Below, piece by piece: positions 18,297 to 27,149 of a DNA stretch of 64,000 nucleotides. The notes beneath the pieces were generated by a model. The model was not told where the DNA came from. It made no database searches and was given only the letters and a program-made list of their open reading frames with translations. Each line of letters begins with the position of its first letter. Within the stretch, counting starts at the first letter, position 1. A program made the position numbers and the translations under genes. This stretch comes from Clostridia bacterium (GTDB lineage Bacteria > Bacillota > Clostridia > Oscillospirales > Acutalibacteraceae). The DNA lies in NCBI GenBank assembly GCA_017465465.1, contig JAFTWE010000006.1, positions 18,466 through 82,465 on the forward strand, given 5' to 3'.

Positions 18297-20741
18297 TCAG
18301 ATTGCTTTGAACAATGCGGGGAGCTTTGTAACAGCCTTTGGAATACCTGCAAGAATCTTGCAAAGTCCCTTACCTGCTGATTCACCGTCATTGAGAATCA
18401 TAAGAAGTCCGTCTGCCATCTTTGGTGTGAATACGCCCATTGACATTGCAATGAAGTTACGAATCGGAATCTGTGTTGCCATTGCGGCAATCATCTGACC
18501 GTCGCCGTTTTCAGCAGAGCCGAAGCCTGCCATAATCTTGTTAATAAGTCTGCAGATTCTTCCGCCCCACTTGGTGTGAGAAGCGTCTTCAAGGCAGTTG
18601 TAAATATCAATCTTCTTTGAAGTATCTCTCTTGTCGCTTGGAAGCTCGCCGTAAATTGCGGCAAAGTCATCTCTTGTGATGCTTGTAACGTCGTTGTAAT
18701 AGTTAGGCGCAACTGCTCTGTAGTCGGGGATTGCGCACTTAACTGTTGAGTTAACCTGAACGCTTGCTGTGAGCTTGATATCTCTTGAAGATGCACCAAC
18801 AATAATATCAAATTCACCGCTTTCAACGCACCAATCGTTGATTTCAACATTGAAGAAAGCAAATGCTCTCTTTGAAAGCTTCATTTCAACAGCCTTTTCT
18901 TCACCGGGAGCTAAGAATACCTTTGCAAATTCGCGAAGCTCTTTTTCGGGTCTGTAAATTGTTGCTTCCTTGTCTGCAACATAAAGCTGAGCAACCTCTG
19001 CACCTGCAACATCACCTGTGTTCTTAATTTTGAATGAAACGGTGAGAGTGTCGGTGTCTTTGATTTCGTTAGCCGAAACCTTCAAATCGCTGTATTCAAA
19101 GGTTGTGTATGAAAGACCGTGACCGAATGGGAAAAGAACATCCTTCTTAGCCTTGTCATAATATCTGTAACCGATATAAACTGACTCTCTGTGCTCTGCG
19201 GTAACAGGGCTTGTGAGGTAGTTGCCGTATGTTGGGTTATCAGCATAAGAAAGGGGATATGTTTCACTTGTTTTACCTGATGGGTTAACTGCACCAACGA
19301 GGATTCTTGCTGTTGCTGTACCGCTTGCCTGACCGCTGAGTCCTGAGTTAAGAATTGCCTTAACTTCATTTACCCAAGGCATTGCAACAACTGAGCCGCC
19401 TGCAAGAACAACTGCTGTGTTTTCGTTAACCTTTGCAATTTCAGAAATAAGAGCATTGTGGCTTGAAGGCATATCAATGTTTTTCCTGTCGTAGCCTTCA
19501 CCCTCGAATTCTTCTGTAAGGCCTGCAAAAACAAGAGCAACATCAGCTTTCTTTGCGGCTTCGATAGCCTCAGAGAACATAGCTTCATTTCTTTCGTCCT
19601 TTTTCTTGTCATAACCCTGAGCGTAGATAACATCCACACCAAGTGCAACAAGAGCATCAAAGGTGTTGTCAATCTGAGTGGGGTTAATAACAGATGAGCC
19701 TGCACCCTGGAAACGGGGAGCCTTTGCCATTTCACCGATAACTGCAACCTTCTGACCTGCCTTAACAGGGAGAACACCGTCATTGTTTTTAAGAAGCTGG
19801 ATTGAGCCTTCTGCAATTTCCATAGAAATCTTGTGATGCTCTTCCTTTGAATATGTATGCTTCTTGCTCAAAGCTTCCTTTGATTTGATAATAAGGTCAA
19901 CAACATTGTCAACGCGCTTGTCAAGAACAGCCTCATCAAGTGAGCCGTTTTTAACTGCTTCAACAATTCTGTTGGGGTTAAGGTCACCGCTTGAAGGCAT
20001 TTCAAGGTCGGTGCCTGCATAAAGTCCGGGAATTCTGTCAACAGATGAGCCCCAGTCAGTAACAAAGAGACCTTCAAAGCCCCATTCACCGCGGGCAATC
20101 TCTTCCTGAAGGTGGTTATTTTCTGAAGCATAAACGCCGTTGATTCTGTTATATGAATTCATAACAGTCCAGGGTTGAGCTTCTTTAATTGCGATTTCAA
20201 AAGCGGTAAGATAAATCTCGCGTAAAGCTCTTTCGTCAACAACCTCGTTCATAATCATACGGTAAGCTTCCTGGCTGTTAACTGCAAAGTGCTTAAGTGA
20301 AGTGCCGATACCCTTGCTCTGAACGCCTTTAATCAAAGCGGCTGAGCATTTACCTGCAAGGTACGGGTCTTCTGAAAAATATTCAAAGTTACGGCCGCAA
20401 GTGGGAGAACGCTTGATGTTGGTTCCCGGTCCTAAAAGAACAGAAACCTCTTCCTGCAAGCATTCGTTACCGAGCGCTTCGCCTTCTTTCTGAATAAGCT
20501 CAACATCCCATGAGCATGAGCTGGTAGCTGCCGTGGGGTAGCTTGTGGCGGGGTAAGAGTTGCCAAGACCTACGGAATCGCCGTTAGGGTTCTGCTTACG
20601 AAGACCGTGAGGGCCGTCAGTAACCATAATTTTTGGGAGTCCTAATTCGGGGATTTCTTCAAGATGCCAATAGTCATAGCCTGAAACAATGTTAGCTTTT
20701 TGTTCAAGGCTCATTTTTTTAATGATATCAGAGTGTTTCAT
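18297..20741 (-). CDS. Glycoside hydrolase family 3 beta-glucosidase-type enzyme
   Basis: Start at ATG 20741 (GGAGG 8 nt upstream), not at the ORF-track Met. GH3 motifs VTDGPHGLR, KHFAVNSQE and FVTDWG are present, with an FnIII-like region and a long C-terminal extension. Confidence 0.85.
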   Translation of the reverse strand: MKHSDIIKKMSLEQKANIVSGYDYWHLEEIPELGLPKIMVTDGPHGLRKQNPNGDSVGLGNSYPATSYPTAATSSCSWDVELIQKEGEALGNECLQEEVSVLLGPGTNIKRSPTCGRNFEYFSEDPYLAGKCSAALIKGVQSKGIGTSLKHFAVNSQEAYRMIMNEVVDERALREIYLTAFEIAIKEAQPWTVMNSYNRINGVYASENNHLQEEIARGEWGFEGLFVTDWGSSVDRIPGLYAGTDLEMPSSGDLNPNRIVEAVKNGSLDEAVLDKRVDNVVDLIIKSKEALSKKHTYSKEEHHKISMEIAEGSIQLLKNNDGVLPVKAGQKVAVIGEMAKAPRFQGAGSSVINPTQIDNTFDALVALGVDVIYAQGYDKKKDERNEAMFSEAIEAAKKADVALVFAGLTEEFEGEGYDRKNIDMPSSHNALISEIAKVNENTAVVLAGGSVVAMPWVNEVKAILNSGLSGQASGTATARILVGAVNPSGKTSETYPLSYADNPTYGNYLTSPVTAEHRESVYIGYRYYDKAKKDVLFPFGHGLSYTTFEYSDLKVSANEIKDTDTLTVSFKIKNTGDVAGAEVAQLYVADKEATIYRPEKELREFAKVFLAPGEEKAVEMKLSKRAFAFFNVEINDWCVESGEFDIIVGASSRDIKLTASVQVNSTVKCAIPDYRAVAPNYYNDVTSITRDDFAAIYGELPSDKRDTSKKIDIYNCLEDASHTKWGGRICRLINKIMAGFGSAENGDGQMIAAMATQIPIRNFIAMSMGVFTPKMADGLLMILNDGESAGKGLCKILAGIPKAVTKLPALFKAI

Positions 20742-20814
20742 ATACCTACCTCCTAAATAATCATTATAATTATACTGTGTATCTTCATATTTTGCAAGGT
20801 TTTTTGTCGTTTTT

Positions 20815-20852
20815 ACATAAAAATAGTGCTGTATCCGAATTGAATACAGCAC
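20815..20852 (-). terminator. Intrinsic terminator after thiT
   Basis: On the minus strand, GTGCTGTAT..ATACAGCAC followed by TATTTTTATG. Confidence 0.6.
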
Positions 20853-20858
20853 AAAATT

Positions 20859-21482
20859 TTATTTTTTGGAGTTGAGCTCTTTAGCGATTGGCTTTATTGA
20901 AATTAAAATTACAGCACCGATAACCGAAAGAACAAGCTCAGGGAGCATATAAGCGCCGTTATAAACCAAAGAGTAAACAGCGGCAAGTCCCTCGCCTGAG
21001 AAGGTGTCAATAATTTTAAGACCGAATTCATTGGTGCTGAGGGTGTCAACGGCGTATTCTCTCCATACGATAAAGCCTGTGATAAAATGGCAGGCAAATC
21101 TCAAAAACACCGAAAAGCCTGCGCCCAGAGCAAATGAAACCTTTGAATTTTTGATTTTGTTTTTGAAAACTCCGGAAAGGCCAACCACCGCAAAAGCAAC
21201 AATGTAGTCAAACAGCAGGCAAAGCACGAAGTTGAGCATATTGTCTGTGAGGTAAGCAAGAGTGCCAGATGCACCCATAAGGCAGTCAATCACACCCCAT
21301 ACTGCGCCGCAGGCAAGGCCCCATTTAGCGCCGTAAGCATAGCCTGCAAAAATAATAGGCACCATGCTGAACAGCGTAATTGAGCCGCCGTAAGGCATTT
21401 CAAAAGGCTTGATGAATGAGAGCACTACTGACATTGCTGTCATTATTCCGCAGACAGCCAGCGTTTTTGTGTTGTTTTTCAT
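20859..21482 (-). CDS. thiT: Thiamine ECF-transporter S component ThiT
   Basis: 207-aa membrane protein. CHFITGFIVWREYA and YSLVYNG resemble L. lactis ThiT (HFIAGIIFWSQYA, YSLAVNG). It lies directly downstream of a TPP riboswitch. Confidence 0.8.
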   Translation of the reverse strand: MKNNTKTLAVCGIMTAMSVVLSFIKPFEMPYGGSITLFSMVPIIFAGYAYGAKWGLACGAVWGVIDCLMGASGTLAYLTDNMLNFVLCLLFDYIVAFAVVGLSGVFKNKIKNSKVSFALGAGFSVFLRFACHFITGFIVWREYAVDTLSTNEFGLKIIDTFSGEGLAAVYSLVYNGAYMLPELVLSVIGAVILISIKPIAKELNSKK

Positions 21483-21523
21483 AAAAACACATCCTTTGAT
21501 TAAAATTCAATCAAAAACAGCTA

Positions 21524-21562
21524 CCCACAAAAATAAAAGCGTCTGTATAAAAATACAGACGC
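21524..21562 (-). terminator. Expression-platform terminator of the TPP riboswitch
   Basis: On the minus strand, GCGTCTGTA TTTTTA TACAGACGC followed by TTTTATTTTTG. Confidence 0.65.
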
Positions 21563-21574
21563 AAAAATCTTTTA

Positions 21575-21665
21575 TTTCTCAATAACTTCCTACGCCGGTA
21601 TTACCCGTATCAGGTTAAAGGGTATAATCTCAGCCGAATCGGAATTCAGCACCCCTGTATTTGAT
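21575..21665 (-). promoter_or_regulatory. TPP (THI-box) riboswitch
   Basis: The minus strand reads GGGGUGCUGAAUUCCGAUUCGGCUGAGAUUAUACCCUUUAACCUGAUACGGGUAAUACCGGCGUAGGAAG. It contains the conserved GGGGUGC, CUGAGA, ACCC, AACCUGAU and GCGUAGGAA blocks. Confidence 0.85.
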
Positions 21666-21692
21666 TGTAGCATTACTATACAACCGAAATCA

Positions 21693-23111
21693 TTATTTGT
21701 CAAGAGCTTTTTTGCCCTCTTCGGTTTCACGGTAATATTGTGTCATAGGGTTAGGATGCTTTGTGTTTGCCCAAAGCTCGTCAGCAACGGGCTGCCAGTC
21801 CTTGGCAAATTTATCACATTTGGCGCAAAGGGTTTCAACATCTTCTTTAGTAATAAGGTCTGTGGAATCTGCACCTGTTTTGTTAATCATTTTCCTTAGC
21901 TTGTCAGGGTTTTCAAGCATAGGGCAGGGGCGAAGATGATTATCATTAAACGGCTGATTGTGATAAAACTCTGTAAACAACGGCCTTTTAAGAGCCTCAA
22001 GAAGTGTGTGCTTGCGGATGTTTGAGTCAGAGTAGTGAATGAAAACGCATGGCTCAATATCACCTGCGGAGTTGATGTGGAAATATCTTCTGCCGCCTGC
22101 AATGCAACCGCCGACATATTCGCCGTCATTCTGGAAATCCATAATAAACAAAGGCTTGCCTGTTTTGCCGTTACGGATACGGCGGAGCCAATGATACATC
22201 TCTACTCTCTGCTCGGGAGTGGGGATAAGCTCAGGCACAGCACCGCTGCCGATTGGCATATAGTTAAAGTAAAGACCGAATTTTACACCCTTAGAGAGCA
22301 TAAGGTCAATGAATTCATCACTTGTAACAGAGGGAATGTTCTGGCTTGTGTAGCAAACTGAAATACCGAAAAGACAACCGTTCTTTTTAAGCAAATCCAT
22401 TGCCTGCATTGTTTCGCCGTAGCTGCCGTCACCTCTGCGGAAGTCGTTGCTTTCTTCTGTTCCCTCAATGCTCAGAGCAAGAGTGAGGTTGCCAACTCTG
22501 AGCATATCCTCGCAGAACTTCTGGTCAACCAATGTAGCGTTGGTGTAGGCAAGGAAGGCACAGTCAGGGTGAGCCTCACAAAGGCGGAGAATGTCGTCTT
22601 TTCTTACAAGGGGCTCGCCGCCTGTAAACATATAAAAGTGTGTACCCATATCAACGCCCTGAGTAACAATGCTGTCAAGCTCGTCATAGGTGAGGTTGAG
22701 CTTGTGGCCGTATTCGGCGCTCCAACAGCCCTTGCACTTTTTATTGCAGGCGCTTGTGGGGTCAAGAAGAATAATCCACGGAATGTTGCAGCCGTATTTG
22801 TCACGGTTTTCTCTAACTGCCTTAGTACCGCGCAAGCCGCCGCCAACGCCGAAAGCCATAATCATCTTTCTCAGATTGTCGTGGTCAACATCGTTTAAAA
22901 CATGTTCGGCGTATTTAAACCAAACGCTGTTTTCGTCAGCAATAGCTTCCTTAGCTTTCTGAAAATTCTTCTGAGGAAAAACCTTAACAAAAAGCTTTTC
23001 TGCTATGTCAGCAAGAGTGGTAAGATTCTTCTTGGGGTTTTTGTGAATATACTTGAGAGCTTGCTTTACAATCAAATTTATCGAAGCCCATTGAACTTTT
23101 TCCTTAATCAT
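21693..23111 (-). CDS. Radical SAM protein of unknown function
   Basis: 472 aa. The CxxxCxxC cluster motif (SACNKKCKGCW) follows an N-terminal extension of about 120 aa. GGEPL motif present. The Cys-containing C-terminal half (CIAGG..., EPCVF, RPCP) suggests an auxiliary-cluster domain. Confidence 0.7.
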   Translation of the reverse strand: MIKEKVQWASINLIVKQALKYIHKNPKKNLTTLADIAEKLFVKVFPQKNFQKAKEAIADENSVWFKYAEHVLNDVDHDNLRKMIMAFGVGGGLRGTKAVRENRDKYGCNIPWIILLDPTSACNKKCKGCWSAEYGHKLNLTYDELDSIVTQGVDMGTHFYMFTGGEPLVRKDDILRLCEAHPDCAFLAYTNATLVDQKFCEDMLRVGNLTLALSIEGTEESNDFRRGDGSYGETMQAMDLLKKNGCLFGISVCYTSQNIPSVTSDEFIDLMLSKGVKFGLYFNYMPIGSGAVPELIPTPEQRVEMYHWLRRIRNGKTGKPLFIMDFQNDGEYVGGCIAGGRRYFHINSAGDIEPCVFIHYSDSNIRKHTLLEALKRPLFTEFYHNQPFNDNHLRPCPMLENPDKLRKMINKTGADSTDLITKEDVETLCAKCDKFAKDWQPVADELWANTKHPNPMTQYYRETEEGKKALDK

Positions 23112-23309
23112 CTGTAATCCCCTTTTAATAAAAAGTTTACATACAATTATATATTTTTACATATTTTTCAAGTAAAGTCAACATATACACTGATTATTAT
23201 TTTACATTAAATCACATAAATATGAAATATTTTTTAATACAACCAATTATTTGTTGAAATTTTTCTTTTCTGAGGTTATACTACTATGGTTAATACTCAG
23301 GAGGGAAAT

Positions 23310-23969
23310 ATGAAAAATAAAGCTTTGAATATACTTAAAATTCTGCTTGCGGCGGTACTTTTGGGTGTAATTATTTTAAATTACGAAACACTTTCAAATC
23401 TGGATATCAGAGCTCTTATTGCTTCGGCAGACAGTGTTGTTCTTGCCGCGGTTACCGTTTTGGGAGTTTATTTTGTAAAATCTCTTGTGTTTGTTGTGCC
23501 TGCATCATTGATTTATATTGCGGTGGGTATGGCATTTGAAACCTGGCAGGCTATTGTGATAAATGCCGTAGGTATAATGATTGAAATAACCTGCACTTAT
23601 TTTATGGGCAAGTTCCTCGGTAAAGATGCCGTAACTAAAAAATTAAGCGGCAACAAAGCAGGAGAAAAGCTCCTCAATATGAAGGCTAAAAACAAAAATG
23701 TTATGGTTTTTACCGTTCGCTTCACCGGTATTCCCATAGATTTTTCGAGCCTTTTTATGGGTGCGTTTGATTTTAAATTTCTGCCCTATTTCTTTATGTC
23801 GCTTTTAGGAATTTTGCCAAGGGTATTTTTGCTCACGGTTATCGGTGACGGCTTTTATGATTTGATACCTATGAAGTATATTATCATTGCGGTTATCATA
23901 TTGATTCCTGTTGCTGTGGCGGCAATTTTCTTAAAGAAAATAATAGCCAAAAGAAAAAAGGCAGAATAA
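23310..23969 (+). CDS. TVP38/TMEM64 (DedA-related) family membrane protein
   Basis: AGGAGGG RBS before ATG 23310. Multi-TM protein with the family-typical F.GK.LG....K and RF.P..P...... segments. Confidence 0.55.
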   Translation: MKNKALNILKILLAAVLLGVIILNYETLSNLDIRALIASADSVVLAAVTVLGVYFVKSLVFVVPASLIYIAVGMAFETWQAIVINAVGIMIEITCTYFMGKFLGKDAVTKKLSGNKAGEKLLNMKAKNKNVMVFTVRFTGIPIDFSSLFMGAFDFKFLPYFFMSLLGILPRVFLLTVIGDGFYDLIPMKYIIIAVIILIPVAVAAIFLKKIIAKRKKAE

Positions 23970-24071
23970 CAAAATATTTAATAAAAAAGTATTTGCAAAA
24001 ATTTATATTGATGTTATAATAGGATGTCACAGTATTTATTCTGGTAAGTATGCACTTAAGGAGGATATAAA

Positions 24072-24776
24072 ATGGCAAAGCCGATTTTAGAAATTAAAAA
24101 TCTGAAAAAAAGCTATGGCTCTCACCAGGTTTTGCGCGGAGTTACTTTTAATATAGAACCCGGTAAAATTGTCGGTCTTCTCGGACCTAACGGCTGCGGT
24201 AAGACTTCTATGATTAAGTCAATCGTAGGCCTCATTAACGACTATGAGGGTGAAATTCTCATCAACGGAGAAAAGCCCGGTGTCAATTCTAAAAATGACA
24301 TCGCATATCTCCCTGAAAAGAATTTTCTCCCTGCCTGGATGACCCCAAAAGCCGCCATCAATTATATGGCAGACTTTTACAAAAACTTCAACAAAGAAAA
24401 AGCTTATGAAATGCTTCGTGCTTTTGAGCTTGACGAAAAGCAGAAGATTAAAACCATGTCAAAGGGTCAGCAGGAAAAGGTTCAGCTTCTCCTTGTTATG
24501 AGCCGTGAAGCAAAGCTTTATATTCTTGACGAGCCTCTCGGAGGTGTTGACCCTGTTGCAAGAGATTTTATTCTGGAAACCATTATGAAAAATCACCTTG
24601 CAAACTCAACAATCCTTTTGTCAACACATCTTATTTATGACATTGAGGGTATTCTCGACAGGGTTGTAATGATTAAAGGCGGAGTTCTTGCCGCCAACAC
24701 AGATGTTGAAACAATCCGCAAGCACGATATGACAGTTGAAGCTTTGTTTAAGGAGGTGTTCCGTTATGATGCTTAA
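24072..24776 (+). CDS. ABC transporter ATP-binding protein
   Basis: Walker A GPNGCGKTS, signature SKGQQEK, Walker B LYILDEP; AAGGAGG RBS. Confidence 0.85.
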   Translation: MAKPILEIKNLKKSYGSHQVLRGVTFNIEPGKIVGLLGPNGCGKTSMIKSIVGLINDYEGEILINGEKPGVNSKNDIAYLPEKNFLPAWMTPKAAINYMADFYKNFNKEKAYEMLRAFELDEKQKIKTMSKGQQEKVQLLLVMSREAKLYILDEPLGGVDPVARDFILETIMKNHLANSTILLSTHLIYDIEGILDRVVMIKGGVLAANTDVETIRKHDMTVEALFKEVFRYDA

Positions 24777-25599
24777 ACTTCTCAAAAATGACTTTATTTC
24801 AACAGGCAGAATTATGGGTGTTATCTACATAATTGTAGCAGGCATCTCAGCGGGCACACTTGTTTCTCACTATGCAAAGTCACAGTCTGATATGACAGTT
24901 GTAGAAGCTATGGGCGTTGCACTTCTTTTAGTGGTTTCACTTTGCCTTTTTGTGCTTACCGTTGTATTTGTTCTTTCTGATTTTCAGAAGACTCTTTACG
25001 GTGAGCAAGGCTATCTTACTTTTACATTACCTGTTAAAAGCTGGATGATTCTTACTTCAAAGGTGCTTGTTGCAACAGTTTGGTTTGTTATTGCTCTTGT
25101 GGCATTGCTTGCAAGCCTTTGGGTAACGGTGGTTGTTCTCAAAGAAGAAATTCTTGGCGAAAACTATGATTTGATTATGGGCGTGCTTGACCAGATAGCA
25201 ACCGTTAATGTTGCATCTATGATATTTTCTGTTGTTATCAGCATTATCCTTTATTTTGTTCAGTTTGCTTTCTTTACCATTACTGTTTTCTTTACAAGCA
25301 CAGTTGCAAACACAAGGCACTTCCAGAAAAAGCCGATTTTCTGGACAATCGTTTTCTTTGTTCCCATTGCAGGTGTTGCCACAAAAATTGCAGAATTTAT
25401 CAACAGTAAAATTGTTTTCTCTCTCTTCTTTATTGATGGCAAAATGAGCCTTATTACCGATAATCTTGAGTATATGCGACTTCAGGCAAACGGTAACTCT
25501 CCTGTTGATATTGCTTCAATTTTTGTTTATCTCATTCTCGGTGCAGGCGTTTTCTTTGCAACTCATTACATTATGAGCAAAAAGGTTAACATCAGATAA
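24766..25599 (+). CDS. ABC-2-type membrane permease partner (uncharacterised)
   Basis: AGGAGGTG lies before ATG 24766, which overlaps the ATPase stop. About 277 aa with 6 or more hydrophobic helices. Confidence 0.5.
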   Translation: MMLKLLKNDFISTGRIMGVIYIIVAGISAGTLVSHYAKSQSDMTVVEAMGVALLLVVSLCLFVLTVVFVLSDFQKTLYGEQGYLTFTLPVKSWMILTSKVLVATVWFVIALVALLASLWVTVVVLKEEILGENYDLIMGVLDQIATVNVASMIFSVVISIILYFVQFAFFTITVFFTSTVANTRHFQKKPIFWTIVFFVPIAGVATKIAEFINSKIVFSLFFIDGKMSLITDNLEYMRLQANGNSPVDIASIFVYLILGAGVFFATHYIMSKKVNIR

Positions 25600-26204
25600 T
25601 GCGTATCGGGATTTTCGGCGGAACATTCAATCCGCCACACCAAGGCCATAAAAAGCTTGCTCTTGATTTTATGAGCAGGCTTTCGTTGGATTTAATGCTG
25701 GTTGTTCCAACCTACACTCCGCCTCACAAGGCGGCACCTGACCTTGCCTCAGGTGAGGACAGGCTCAATATGTGTAAGCTCTGTTTTAATGAGAATTTCT
25801 TCAAGGTAAGTGACATCGAGCTTTTGCGAAAGGGCAAGAGCTACACCGTTAACACCTTGCAGGAATTAAAAGAGAAATACCCCGATGACGAGCTGTTTTT
25901 TATAATGGGTTCTGATATGCTTCTCACTTTTCATCAATGGCGTGAGCCGGAGGAGATTTTAAATCTTGCCACAGTTTGTGCCGCCGAAAGGGAAGAAGGG
26001 CTGACTGCCGGGCTTCACGATTATGTGGATGAAAAATATTCACACAGAAAAGACAGATTTATCATCCTTGAATTTTCTCCCGTTGAGGTCAGCTCAACGC
26101 AGATTAGAGAGAGCTTAGGTAAAACTGCTGATGAAAATTTAATCAGCGATGAGGTTGAAAACTACATTCAGGAAAGAGGACTTTACCGCAATGATTTGGA
26201 ATGA
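25599..26204 (+). CDS. nadD: Nicotinate-nucleotide adenylyltransferase
   Basis: MRIGIFGGTFNPPHQGH nucleotidyltransferase motif. The start overlaps the upstream stop (TAATG). Confidence 0.85.
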   Translation: MRIGIFGGTFNPPHQGHKKLALDFMSRLSLDLMLVVPTYTPPHKAAPDLASGEDRLNMCKLCFNENFFKVSDIELLRKGKSYTVNTLQELKEKYPDDELFFIMGSDMLLTFHQWREPEEILNLATVCAAEREEGLTAGLHDYVDEKYSHRKDRFIILEFSPVEVSSTQIRESLGKTADENLISDEVENYIQERGLYRNDLE

Positions 26205-26754
26205 TGAAAAAATTATTGAAGTTCTTCGCGGTCGCCTTGTTGAGTCAAGATTTATTCACAGCCTGAATGTTGCTGACAGCGCCCGTGATTTGGCTTTGAT
26301 TTACGGTGCAGATGCTGATGTTTGCTATACTGCAGGGCTTTTGCACGATATTACCAAAAATTCTCAGGAAAGTGAGCATCTCGCTCTTTTTGAAAAGGGC
26401 GGAGTAATTCTCACCGATGCTGAAAAAAATAATAAAAAACTCTGGCACGCTATGTCAGGCGAGCAATTTGTAAGGCAGAATACCGATGTTGAAAATGAAG
26501 AAATTTTTGACGCTGTCAGGTATCACACCACAGGCAGAGCGGGTATGAGTCTTACGGAAAAGATAATTTATATTGCAGATTTTATTTCTGCTGAAAGAGA
26601 TTATCCTGATGTGGATGTTATGAGGGCTTTGTCTGCAAGGAGCCTTGAAGAGGCTATGCTTTATTCCTTGCGTTACACAATTCCCGATTTAATTAAAAAG
26701 GGGCAGACAATTCACCCCGACAGCGTTAATTTATATAACGAATTATTAAAGTGA
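26191..26754 (+). CDS. yqeK: HD-domain phosphohydrolase YqeK
   Basis: RFIHSLNVA...LLHDITK HD motif. It sits in the conserved nadD-yqeK-rsfS order. The start overlaps the nadD 3' end. Confidence 0.8.
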   Translation: MIWNDEKIIEVLRGRLVESRFIHSLNVADSARDLALIYGADADVCYTAGLLHDITKNSQESEHLALFEKGGVILTDAEKNNKKLWHAMSGEQFVRQNTDVENEEIFDAVRYHTTGRAGMSLTEKIIYIADFISAERDYPDVDVMRALSARSLEEAMLYSLRYTIPDLIKKGQTIHPDSVNLYNELLK

Positions 26755-26763
26755 GGTCAAAAT

Positions 26764-27120
26764 ATGACACCAAGAGAAATTGCAGAAAAAGTAGTTAAAG
26801 CCCTTGATGAAAAGAAGGGTATGGATATCTGCCTTATAGCAACCACTCAGGTTACTGTTGTTGCAGATTATTTTGTTATTGTAAACGGTACTTCAAACAC
26901 TCATGTGAAGGCACTTGCCGATGAGGTTGAATATGCACTCTCACTTGAGGGCAAAAACGCTACTCATGTTGAGGGCAAGGCAACAGGCTGGATTCTTCTT
27001 GATTATGACAGCGTTGTTGTTCATGTTTTTACAAAAGAAGCAAGAGCGTATTATAATCTTGAAAAGCTTTGGGCAGACGGTGAGCAGATTGATATCTCTT
27101 CACTTGTCAGTGCCGACTGA
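26764..27120 (+). CDS. rsfS: Ribosome silencing factor RsfS
   Basis: 118 aa. [21 protein letters not shown] and [14 protein letters not shown] match the RsfS/iojap family. Confidence 0.85.
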   Translation: MTPREIAEKVVKALDEKKGMDICLIATTQVTVVADYFVIVNGTSNTHVKALADEVEYALSLEGKNATHVEGKATGWILLDYDSVVVHVFTKEARAYYNLEKLWADGEQIDISSLVSAD

Positions 27121-27149
27121 TTTTCGATTTTCATAAAAGAAAGGGATTT

